A stretch of 63,751 nucleotides of DNA from a candidate division WWE3 bacterium (GTDB taxonomy: Bacteria; Patescibacteriota; WWE3; UBA101185; UBA10185): assembly GCA_012798115.1 (NCBI GenBank), contig JAAZNV010000012.1, positions 1 to 63,751 on the forward strand. The letters are read 5' to 3'. The notes under the pieces were generated by a model. The model was given only the letters and a program-made list of their open reading frames with translations. It was not told where the DNA came from and did no database searches. The position numbers and the translations under genes are program-made. Positions 38,280 through 46,722 of the stretch are shown here, piece after piece (position 1 is the stretch's first letter; each line of letters opens with the position of its first letter).

Positions 38280-38924
38280 TTATACCTCCAGTCTCCCGTC
38301 AAGTGCCCTACTTAGTGTAATATCATCTGCATATTCAATATCACCACCCACAGGTAAACCCCTAGCTATTCTTGTTAACTTAACTCTGTCTGAATCAAAT
38401 CCTTTTTCCCTTATTAACTTTGATACATACATGGCTGTTGATTCTCCTTCCATACTTGTATTTGTTGCAAGAATTACTTCAACAATCTTGTCTTCATTTA
38501 CGCTATCAAAAGACGGTTCATCCACTAATCTTGATATCCTATCTATTAGTTCTTTGATAAAAAGGTCATCCGGCCCAACACCATTTAATGGGTCTATTAT
38601 TCCATGAAGAACATGATAAACCCCCTTAAAGTTTGTCTTCTCAAGAGCAAAAGCATCAAGAGGATTAGCTACAACAGCAATTAACTTTTTGTTCCTTGAA
38701 GAATCATCACATACCGAACAAACATCAAATTCTGTCACATTTTTGCATACATTACACAACTTAGTTCCTTTCTTAAGTTCTACCAAGGAATCTGCAAACC
38801 TCTCTAATTCTTCTTGTGGAAAATGAAGTAGAAAGAAAGTCAATCTTTGAGCGGTCTTAGGACCAATTCCAGGAAGTCTTTCAAAAGAGTCTATTAAGTT
38901 TGAAATAGGCTTTGGTAGCTTCAT
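38280..38924 (-). CDS. recR: Recombination mediator RecR
   Basis: LPGIGPKTAQRL, C4 zinc finger, TOPRIM, GGDIEYAD. Confidence 0.97.
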   Translation of the reverse strand: MKLPKPISNLIDSFERLPGIGPKTAQRLTFFLLHFPQEELERFADSLVELKKGTKLCNVCKNVTEFDVCSVCDDSSRNKKLIAVVANPLDAFALEKTNFKGVYHVLHGIIDPLNGVGPDDLFIKELIDRISRLVDEPSFDSVNEDKIVEVILATNTSMEGESTAMYVSKLIREKGFDSDRVKLTRIARGLPVGGDIEYADDITLSRALDGRLEV

Positions 38925-38937
38925 CTATAGTATTGTA

Positions 38938-40488
38938 TCAATTTTTAGCCATTATAGGTAAACCACCATCAAAAGCTTCTATTATTGATTTATTATCAAC
39001 TCCAGACGGAATAGTAACATTCATATCAGTAAGATCGTTCTTTTTTGGTTTTTCATTGCTTACTACACACTTAATGGTTAGAGGAACACCAAATACATCT
39101 TTGCTTAAGCCCTCAAGTAATTTTCTTGTCCTTGCACATTCTAACCTTTCCTTATGAAATGGGTAAAAAACTTCAAGAACCAAAAAGCTTCCTTCCACCC
39201 TTAAAGGTTTGCTGGAAGTTAAAAGTGCAGTTATGGAATGGTTTAACTCTCTGCTTTGTTTAATAAAGCTATCCCATTGGCTTTTTATCTTTTTCATTGG
39301 AATAATAGGTCTTTCACTCAACCCACTGCCATCTTTACCTTTCTCAAGTAAATCATCAGCATCATCATCCTTTCTTGCAACTTTGCCCTTATCATCTCCA
39401 CCTTTTTTTTGTGCACTACAATCATCCTCAAGGCCATAAGAACAAATTTCAACTATAGCAACTTCTACTGGAAGTTGAGGAATAAAAGAACTCCTAATAC
39501 TTTTATGTGCTTCAAGCAAAGTATTCGTGGTGTTAACTAACCATTTCAAATCCACTTTCTTAGCTTGTTGTTTGGTAGCTTCAATAATTTCATCTGTAAC
39601 TTCTGCAGCACTTTCAGAGACCCCAGATTTTATAAACATCAAAGTCCTCAGATATTTCAATAACTCCCCAACCCATACATAAAGATCTACGCCTTCTTCA
39701 AATACGGCGTTAACTATGGAAAGGGCTTTTGAAACTTTGCAGTTTATTAAATAATCTACACATTCTATATATTTTTCCTTGGAAGAAGCACTCAAGAGAG
39801 AATCAATGTTTATATCTCCTTCTACAACCTGCTGAAGCAGAGTTTCAGCGTCTCTAAACCCACCAAGAGAGGCTTCTGCTATTTTCTTAAGCTCAAGATC
39901 CGATATTTTTATATTTTCACTTTCTGCAATTTTATTAAGTTTTTCAACGATTTGACCAACTGTTGCTCTTTTAAATCTAAATACTTGACATCTAGATTTT
40001 ATAGTTGCTGGAACTTTATGATCTTCAGTTGTACAAAGTATAAAATGTGTATTCTTTGGAGGTTCTTCAAGAGTTTTAAGAAGTGCATTAAAGGCCTCTG
40101 TAGTTAACATATGAACCTCATCAATAATGTATATCTTCTTCTTCCCCATTGTTGGGGCAAGCTTTATCTTATCCTTCAAGTCTCTTATATCATCTATTCC
40201 CCTATTACTTGCAGCATCTATTTCTATTAGGTCCACATAAGAACCAGATTTAATAGACTCGCAGTTAGTACATTTGTCACAAGGGTCTCCGTTTGCCTTT
40301 ACTTTTATACAATTTAAGGCCTTAGCTAGAATTCTTGCCACAGTGGTCTTTCCTGTTCCTCTTGGTCCTACAAAAAGATATGCATGAACAGTTTTACCTG
40401 TTTGAACTTGTTTTGCTAGTACATCAGCAGCTTCATTTGGACGACATATTTCTGTAAATTTTTGTGGACGATATTTTGTATAGTACAT
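38938..40488 (-). CDS. dnaX: DNA polymerase III subunit gamma/tau
   Basis: KYRP, GPRGTGKT, IDEVHML, LLKTLEEPP, SRC. Confidence 0.97.
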   Translation of the reverse strand: MYYTKYRPQKFTEICRPNEAADVLAKQVQTGKTVHAYLFVGPRGTGKTTVARILAKALNCIKVKANGDPCDKCTNCESIKSGSYVDLIEIDAASNRGIDDIRDLKDKIKLAPTMGKKKIYIIDEVHMLTTEAFNALLKTLEEPPKNTHFILCTTEDHKVPATIKSRCQVFRFKRATVGQIVEKLNKIAESENIKISDLELKKIAEASLGGFRDAETLLQQVVEGDINIDSLLSASSKEKYIECVDYLINCKVSKALSIVNAVFEEGVDLYVWVGELLKYLRTLMFIKSGVSESAAEVTDEIIEATKQQAKKVDLKWLVNTTNTLLEAHKSIRSSFIPQLPVEVAIVEICSYGLEDDCSAQKKGGDDKGKVARKDDDADDLLEKGKDGSGLSERPIIPMKKIKSQWDSFIKQSRELNHSITALLTSSKPLRVEGSFLVLEVFYPFHKERLECARTRKLLEGLSKDVFGVPLTIKCVVSNEKPKKNDLTDMNVTIPSGVDNKSIIEAFDGGLPIMAKN

Positions 40489-40577
40489 AACTGCCTAAAC
40501 TTTAGTATAAATCTTCAGTTATTGTAAACCACTAATTAACGTTGGAAAATTATGTAAAATAATATAAACAAAAGAAT

Positions 40578-41078
40578 TTACAATAGCAGTGAATCAATGT
40601 TTAAACTTTCTATAATTTCTAATTCTTTATCACTAAAATCTAATAACACCCAGTTTTCGACCAGAATATTTTTGTTTTCAGGTCTTCCAACTCCTATTCT
40701 AACTCTCCAAAAGTCTTTAGTCCCAATACTCTTAATAATACTTTCCACCCCATGATGTCCTGCAGAGCCGGAACCTATTTTCCTCTTGACCAAACCAAAA
40801 GGCAAATCTACATCATCATGTATAACTATTAATTCTTCAGGGCTTATTTTATAAAAATCTAAGATTTTAGAGACTGCCTTCCCTGAATTATTCATAAAAG
40901 TTAAGGGTTTACACAATATAAAATCTTTTTGAAGGATAATATCAGACTCAAACTTCTGTGAATTTTCCCAGTCTAGATTTAAACTTCTTACATAATTATC
41001 AAGAACCATATATCCAACGTTGTGCCTATTTTTCTTATGATCTTCTCCAGGATTTCCCAGCCCAACAACTAACTTCAT
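40578..41078 (-). CDS. pth: Peptidyl-tRNA hydrolase
   Basis: VGLGNPG, RHNVG, TFMNNSG, HDD, GHHG. Confidence 0.97.
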   Translation of the reverse strand: MKLVVGLGNPGEDHKKNRHNVGYMVLDNYVRSLNLDWENSQKFESDIILQKDFILCKPLTFMNNSGKAVSKILDFYKISPEELIVIHDDVDLPFGLVKRKIGSGSAGHHGVESIIKSIGTKDFWRVRIGVGRPENKNILVENWVLLDFSDKELEIIESLNIDSLLL

Positions 41079-41392
41079 TTCTCCTCCTCATGATGAACAC
41101 CTAAAAGGTGCAACATACCATGCTCTACAAGCTCTGCTATTTCCTTTTCAACATCATTATCATAGCTGGAAGCCTGTCTTTGAGCCTGTTCTTTATTTAC
41201 TACAATATCTCCAAGGTAAAAAGCTCCATCGTCCTGCAGCTCACCTATTTCAAAGGAAAGAACATCTGTTGGGTAATCTCTACCAAGATATTTCTTGTTC
41301 AAGTCTTTCATTTCTTTGTCACTAACGACAGTAACAGACACATACACTTTTTTTTGGTTCAGAAAATCTTTAGCATTCATAAAACTTTTCAC
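41075..41392 (-). CDS. ybeY: rRNA maturation RNase YbeY (compact)
   Basis: PTDVLSF, LGDI, HGMLHLLGVHH. Confidence 0.93.
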   Translation of the reverse strand: MKSFMNAKDFLNQKKVYVSVTVVSDKEMKDLNKKYLGRDYPTDVLSFEIGELQDDGAFYLGDIVVNKEQAQRQASSYDNDVEKEIAELVEHGMLHLLGVHHEEEK

Positions 41393-41725
41393 CTAGTTAC
41401 TTTTCTGAGCCATTGGATTTGGATTATCAAGCTCAAAAGGAAATAATTTTGCATACTCTAAATAAATCTCAAGTTCATCTTTTTCTTTCTGAAGAAGATC
41501 TGATCTATTAGCCTTAGCGTATGTTTCAATTCCTTCTTTCCTATTTTTTATTTCTTTCCTTAACACTTTAAATACGTCCTCATCACTTAACTCTTTTCCT
41601 TGAGCTCTCAATTCTATTTCCTTGTTTTTCACCTGAGATAAGAAAAACCTCAACACACCAAGCTTAAAAGAATCACTGGCTTTTTGATACTCAATTAATT
41701 TAGACCTAAGATTATCTACCATCAT
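41393..41725 (-). CDS. GatB/YqeY domain protein (short)
   Basis: LGVLR...KNKEI...KEIKNRKE...R.DL..KE..E; rpsU-yqeY synteny. Confidence 0.88.
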   Translation of the reverse strand: MMVDNLRSKLIEYQKASDSFKLGVLRFFLSQVKNKEIELRAQGKELSDEDVFKVLRKEIKNRKEGIETYAKANRSDLLQKEKDELEIYLEYAKLFPFELDNPNPMAQKSN

Positions 41726-41913
41726 TTGTTTTTACCCTCCAAATAAAATCTATGCTTTAGCTCTTTGTATTTTCTTCTTTTTATTTCACTAGGTTTAACA
41801 TAATGTTCCCTATCTTTTAACTCTTGCAGTATACCTGCTTTTAACACTTCTTTATTAAATCTTCTTAAAGCTTGATCTAAACTTTCTCCATGTCTAACTT
41901 TTACTTTTGTCAT
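41722..41913 (-). CDS. rpsU: 30S ribosomal protein S21
   Basis: [10 protein letters not shown]...REHYVKPS. Confidence 0.96.
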   Translation of the reverse strand: MTKVKVRHGESLDQALRRFNKEVLKAGILQELKDREHYVKPSEIKRRKYKELKHRFYLEGKNK

Positions 41914-42333
41914 ATTTTTGCATCAAACATTTAATGTTCACTAGCAGTTGAACATATTGTTTGATATAAGCGTAATATCACGCTTGGCAGAAAACACCTC
42001 CAGACCATCATTTTTAACTATAAATACAATATAAAACTAAATTTTGCTCTCTTCTCTTACAGAATAATGTCATAATAAGTTTCTAGCAAGTAGTGAACCC
42101 ATCTGACAATATTAAAGGTACATACTGTGAATAATTTATTTACTCAATAACTATCATCCAAACCCTCAAAAGAAATCACTAAACAAATTACTTACAGTAT
42201 TATATTCTCAAGTATACACACACTACTCAAAATAATGCAAAACTTATACCACATTAGAAAGGTTGAGACAATAGTATAAAGCACCGTTGCTATAATTATT
42301 GATTTAGAAGGATAATTGCTAAAAAGTTAACAA

Positions 42334-43497
42334 TTATATATGAAGATCTTTAAGTGTAATTAAGACAGCAAACACTAGAAGAACAACCATACCAAACTTA
42401 TGAACGTTTGATTCAAAATTGACGTTTACTTTCTTTCTTGTAATGACCTCATATGCTTTAAATGCTATCCTACCGCCATCAAGCGCGGGTATTGGCAGTA
42501 TATTAGAAAATGCAAAACCAAGAGATATAATTCCAACTGTATCCATTAAGACAAGTGGGAGTCTGGGCCCTCCTTGTTTAAAAACACTCCCTATTACATT
42601 AAACACTCCAACAGGTCCTGCCACACTATTAGATATAGGAGATATATCTCTTGTAGCAACTGACAACCCTATTATCTTACCAAAAGCAGTTATTGAATAA
42701 GAAAGAATATCATACGAATAAAGAAACCCTGATAATATCCTTTCTATTGGCTTCTCATAGTTTATGGAAACAGCATTCCCAAGATAAACTCCAATTATGG
42801 AATCACCTTCTTCAAGACTTTTAGGTGCAACATTTGTTTTAGGAACTACGCTTATTGTTTTAACATTTGATTGTGTTTTATCATTTAAATTTAAAACTTC
42901 TATTTCCACCGTTTTTCCAGCCTTTCCTGATAATGCTTTCCTCATATCTGTTACTTCATTTATGCTTACACCATCTATCTTTAAGATTACATCTCCAACA
43001 TTTATTCCATATTGCTTTGCAGCTGAATTATCTTCCATATCAAACACCACTGTTTTATAAATTTCTTCTCTTCCAAATTTGAACTTGTGATCAAAAATCA
43101 TTGGAATGTAAAACGTCTTAAAACCATTAAAAAGAAAAAACACATAAAACAAAACTACTGCCAAAAGAAAGTTCATTAATATGCCAGCTGATAAAATTAC
43201 CATCTTTTGCTTTGGAGATTTAGATACAAAGCTCTTAGAGTCCTTTAAAAACTTTTTCTCCTCACTCTCAGTTTCAGCACCTTCTCCTGCAATCTTCACA
43301 AATCCCCCAAATGGAAGAAGATTAATAGAATAAAGAGTTTCCCCTTTTTGCTTTCCCCACAATCTTGGCGGATACCCTATCCCAAATTCTTCAACCTTTA
43401 CTCCATTTCTTTTTGAGGCAATAAAATGTCCAAATTCATGTACCAAAACAAGAACGGACATAATTATTAAAATAAAAAGTATGTTGAGAATACTCAT
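42334..43497 (-). CDS. rseP: RIP metalloprotease RseP (M50, PDZ)
   Basis: HEFGH, LPFGGFV, AGILMN, NILPIPALDGG. Confidence 0.93.
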   Translation of the reverse strand: MSILNILFILIIMSVLVLVHEFGHFIASKRNGVKVEEFGIGYPPRLWGKQKGETLYSINLLPFGGFVKIAGEGAETESEEKKFLKDSKSFVSKSPKQKMVILSAGILMNFLLAVVLFYVFFLFNGFKTFYIPMIFDHKFKFGREEIYKTVVFDMEDNSAAKQYGINVGDVILKIDGVSINEVTDMRKALSGKAGKTVEIEVLNLNDKTQSNVKTISVVPKTNVAPKSLEEGDSIIGVYLGNAVSINYEKPIERILSGFLYSYDILSYSITAFGKIIGLSVATRDISPISNSVAGPVGVFNVIGSVFKQGGPRLPLVLMDTVGIISLGFAFSNILPIPALDGGRIAFKAYEVITRKKVNVNFESNVHKFGMVVLLVFAVLITLKDLHI

Positions 43498-43501
43498 GTA
43501 A

Positions 43502-44053
43502 TTAAATCGTCATGATTTCCTTTTTCTTTTCTTCACCCAAAGTATCAGCCTGTCCAACAAACTCCCTAACAATCTTTTCCACTTCTTCCTTTTGCTTAAA
43601 CTTTTCATCTTCGCCAATTAATTTATCAGAAAAGAGCTTATCTATATCCTTCATGGCATCCTGTCTAATGTTTCTCATTGAGTTTTTAGATTCTTCTACC
43701 TTTTCTGACACTTCTTTTGTAAACTGAACTCTTCTTTCTTCAGTTAATGCTGGAACAGTAACCCTAACTCTATCTGCTTCTTTCACAGCTCCTAACCCTA
43801 AATTGCTATTTCTAATTCCATTTATTATTGCATCCATCACACCTTTATCCCACGGTGTAACAGCAAGGTTGTGGAGATCCATCACTGTGATAGAACCAAC
43901 TTCCTTCAAAGTCATAACAGTGCCATTGTAAGCTTCAACAGAAACATCTGATATGAGCTGGGGAGAAATTCTTCCAGTTCTAATCTGGTTAAGTTCAGAT
44001 TTTAAAAATTCAATAGATTTAGATAACTTGATTCGTAAATCAGAAATATCCAT
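43502..44053 (-). CDS. frr: Ribosome recycling factor
   Basis: IRTGR, PALTEERR, RNIRQD. Confidence 0.96.
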   Translation of the reverse strand: MDISDLRIKLSKSIEFLKSELNQIRTGRISPQLISDVSVEAYNGTVMTLKEVGSITVMDLHNLAVTPWDKGVMDAIINGIRNSNLGLGAVKEADRVRVTVPALTEERRVQFTKEVSEKVEESKNSMRNIRQDAMKDIDKLFSDKLIGEDEKFKQKEEVEKIVREFVGQADTLGEEKKKEIMTI

Positions 44054-44078
44054 ACCAATGATAATATCAAAAGGAGAT

Positions 44079-44537
44079 TTATTCTCCAACACTAAACTTT
44101 ACAAATTTAACTATTTCTATCTTTTCCCCAAGCTTAGCAATTGCTTCATTTACTAAGTCTATTATCTTTTTAGAAGGATCTCTAATGTATTCTGCTTCTA
44201 ACAAATCTTCTACGTTATTTAATTCTTCCGTACACACTTGCATAGCAACTTCATGACACAATTTCTTGAAGTCTTCTGTTTTTGCCACAAAATCTGTCTC
44301 ACATGAGACTAAAATCATACTCCCAACCTTCCCTCCATTATGAATATAGGAATAAACAAGCCCATCATTAGCCGTTCTATCAGCCTTTTTAGCTGCTTTT
44401 GAAGCTACTTTCCTCATTAAAATTTCTTTAGCTTTATCATAATCATCTGCTGTTTCTTCAAGAGCACTCTTAATCTCAAGTACTCCTGCTCCAGTTTCTT
44501 CTCTTAGTTTTTTAATCTTTTCCACATCAATTGCCAT
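44079..44537 (-). CDS. tsf: Elongation factor Ts (short, ~152 aa form)
   Basis: LREETGAG, CETDFVA, KLGEKIEI. Confidence 0.95.
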   Translation of the reverse strand: MAIDVEKIKKLREETGAGVLEIKSALEETADDYDKAKEILMRKVASKAAKKADRTANDGLVYSYIHNGGKVGSMILVSCETDFVAKTEDFKKLCHEVAMQVCTEELNNVEDLLEAEYIRDPSKKIIDLVNEAIAKLGEKIEIVKFVKFSVGE

Positions 44538-44580
44538 ATATTTACCTCCTGTAACCAACTTACATTATATTAGCAAAAAT

Positions 44581-45507
44581 TTACTTGGAACTCTTCTTAG
44601 ACTTACTTTCTTCTTTACTCTTTTTTGAATCTTCTTCCAAAACCTCTTCAGTAGGAGATTCTTTAACTATCTTTTCTTGTTCTTCTCTCACAACTTCTTC
44701 AACTAATTTTTCTTCTACTGCTATTGCTTCTTCTGGTTTAACCTCAGACTTAACTTCAAGTTCCTTTTCTTTTTCTTTTCTTAATTCTTCTTCTTTTTCT
44801 TTCTTTGCTTTGCCCCATTCTTTATAACCTTCTTCTACTGCACTAGATATAGCTTTTACTAACAAGGCTACGGATTTGATAGCATCATCATTAGCTGGAA
44901 TTGAATAGTTTACTTCCGTTGGATCTGCATTTGTATCAACAATTCCTACAACAGGAACCCCTGCTCTTCTAGCTTCCTTCACTGCAGTCTTTTCCCTTCT
45001 TGGATCGATCACAAATAAAACTTCAGGGCTTTTTTTTAAGCTAACTATTCCACCATAAGAGGTTTGTAATTTCTCAATATTTCTATCAATCATTAATCTT
45101 TCCCTCTTGGTATAAACATCAAATCTTCCTTCTTCTCTCCCTTTTATCAAATCAAGAAGCTTGTCTAGATTCTTTTTGATTGTTTCAAAGTTAGTAATAG
45201 TACCTCCCACCCATCTTTCATTTACATACATAGCACCACATCTTTTTGCTTCAAGCTCAACTACATCCTTGGATTGCCTTTTTGTGCCTACAAATACAAT
45301 TGATTTACCTAAGGAGGATTGCTCGTACAAAAATCCACAAGCTTCTTTCAAAGCAACCTCAGTTTTCTCTAAATCAATTATATGAACATTTTTAGACACA
45401 GTATAAATATACTTCTCCATCTTAGGATTCCATCTTTTTGCTTGGTGACCAAAGTGAACTCCTGCATCAAGCATATCTTGTATTTTTGGTAACTTATATT
45501 TTGTCAT
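44581..45507 (-). CDS. rpsB: 30S ribosomal protein S2
   Basis: AGVHFGH, WNPKM, RWVGGTITN, DTN, PANDDA; acidic tail. Confidence 0.98.
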   Translation of the reverse strand: MTKYKLPKIQDMLDAGVHFGHQAKRWNPKMEKYIYTVSKNVHIIDLEKTEVALKEACGFLYEQSSLGKSIVFVGTKRQSKDVVELEAKRCGAMYVNERWVGGTITNFETIKKNLDKLLDLIKGREEGRFDVYTKRERLMIDRNIEKLQTSYGGIVSLKKSPEVLFVIDPRREKTAVKEARRAGVPVVGIVDTNADPTEVNYSIPANDDAIKSVALLVKAISSAVEEGYKEWGKAKKEKEEELRKEKEKELEVKSEVKPEEAIAVEEKLVEEVVREEQEKIVKESPTEEVLEEDSKKSKEESKSKKSSK

Positions 45508-45584
45508 TTATTTATTTTTTTGAGGGAACAAACGAAGGAGTCAAATAATCATTCGAGTTTCCCTCTTTTAGTTTTGAAATTTAA

Positions 45585-45655
45585 TTTACACTTGCTAATT
45601 TCTCACCTGAACCCATTTCTGGGAGAGAGCTTCAGGACATTAGTAAGTTATCACA
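45585..45655 (-). promoter_or_regulatory. rpsB leader hairpin (S2 autoregulatory, t44-like)
   Basis: CTTACTAAT...CCTGAA...TTCAGG...ATTAGCAAG-TGT structure upstream of rpsB. Confidence 0.5.
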
Positions 45656-45784
45656 TGAAAATATATTTAGCAATAACATAAAACCATCCTACTTTCATCT
45701 TAAATTCCACAACCTACTCACTTCTCTAGTCTTCTTCATGTCCTATAGCTTGACAGACGTTATTAATTATGCTAAGCTCATCCT

Positions 45785-46005
45785 AGCAGTTCAGAAAGAA
45801 GGCATAACCCCGCAATATTGGGTTTCTAGAAAAAATTTCTAGGTCACAGGGTTATTTACCCCATTAAGACGTGACAAACCTTAACTGAAAGCAAATATTT
45901 CGGGTACTTGAGAAAAGGTTTATTGAGACGGTAATTATAGTTATTTTCGGGTTTTATCTAACTACAGCCAGTCTCTTAACTGCCCTTCTTAAGTACCCGT
46001 TTTTT
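45785..46005 (+). ncRNA. Candidate structured ncRNA (~220 nt)
   Basis: Promoter TTGACA-17-TAAGCT (45750-45778); four-way junction domain, then a ~100-nt rod hairpin ending in T6. Confidence 0.6.
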
Positions 46006-46024
46006 ATGCTTAAATTAAAAAAGT

Positions 46025-46058
46025 AAAAGGCTGCTAAAACTAAAGTCTAACAGCCTTT
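46025..46058 (-). terminator. tdk terminator
   Basis: AAAGGCTG...CAGCCTTTT on the minus strand. Confidence 0.65.
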
Positions 46059-46082
46059 CAATACCACTAATTTTACTTTTGT

Positions 46083-46649
46083 TTATCTTTGAATTTCGTG
46101 ATGTCTCCTGCAACGTGCTTCATATGACTCTTCAGCTCCAATAACTACAAGTGGATCAGTATATTTAGCTGGTCTGCCATTAACTAAACGTTGCGTTCTT
46201 GTAGCAAGATCTCCACATACCACACATATTGCTTTAAGTAGAGTAATATCATCTGCCTTTGCCATAAGATCAGGCATTGACCCAAATGGTTCCCCTTTAA
46301 AGTCTAGATTTAAACCATTAATAATTACTCTTTTACCAGTCTGACATAGCTTATCTGCTACTTCTACAACCCCAGCGTCGAAGAATTGAGCTTCATCAAT
46401 TGCAACCACTAAAATTTCTGGCAAGGCTAAATCCAGTATGTCTTGTGATTTTTCTACCGCCACTGCATCAAACTCTTCCCCAGAGTGAGATGTAATCTTA
46501 CCTGATTTAAATCTTGTATCTACCATAGGCTTAAACACCTGCAAACTTTGTTTTGCAATTACTACCCGTCTTAACCTCCTAATCATTTCTTCGGTTTTGC
46601 CACTAAACATACCACCACAAATCACTTCAATAGATCCTTTAGATTCCAT
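46083..46649 (-). CDS. tdk: Thymidine kinase
   Basis: GGMFSGKT, IDEAQF, LDFKGEPF, CVVCG...YEARCRRHH. Confidence 0.96.
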   Translation of the reverse strand: MESKGSIEVICGGMFSGKTEEMIRRLRRVVIAKQSLQVFKPMVDTRFKSGKITSHSGEEFDAVAVEKSQDILDLALPEILVVAIDEAQFFDAGVVEVADKLCQTGKRVIINGLNLDFKGEPFGSMPDLMAKADDITLLKAICVVCGDLATRTQRLVNGRPAKYTDPLVVIGAEESYEARCRRHHEIQR

Positions 46650-46722
46650 ATCTTCTCTCCTTTATTTTTTAATCTACACAGGATTTTATCACAAAGGAAA
46701 AAACAGCAAAGAGAACTTAACT

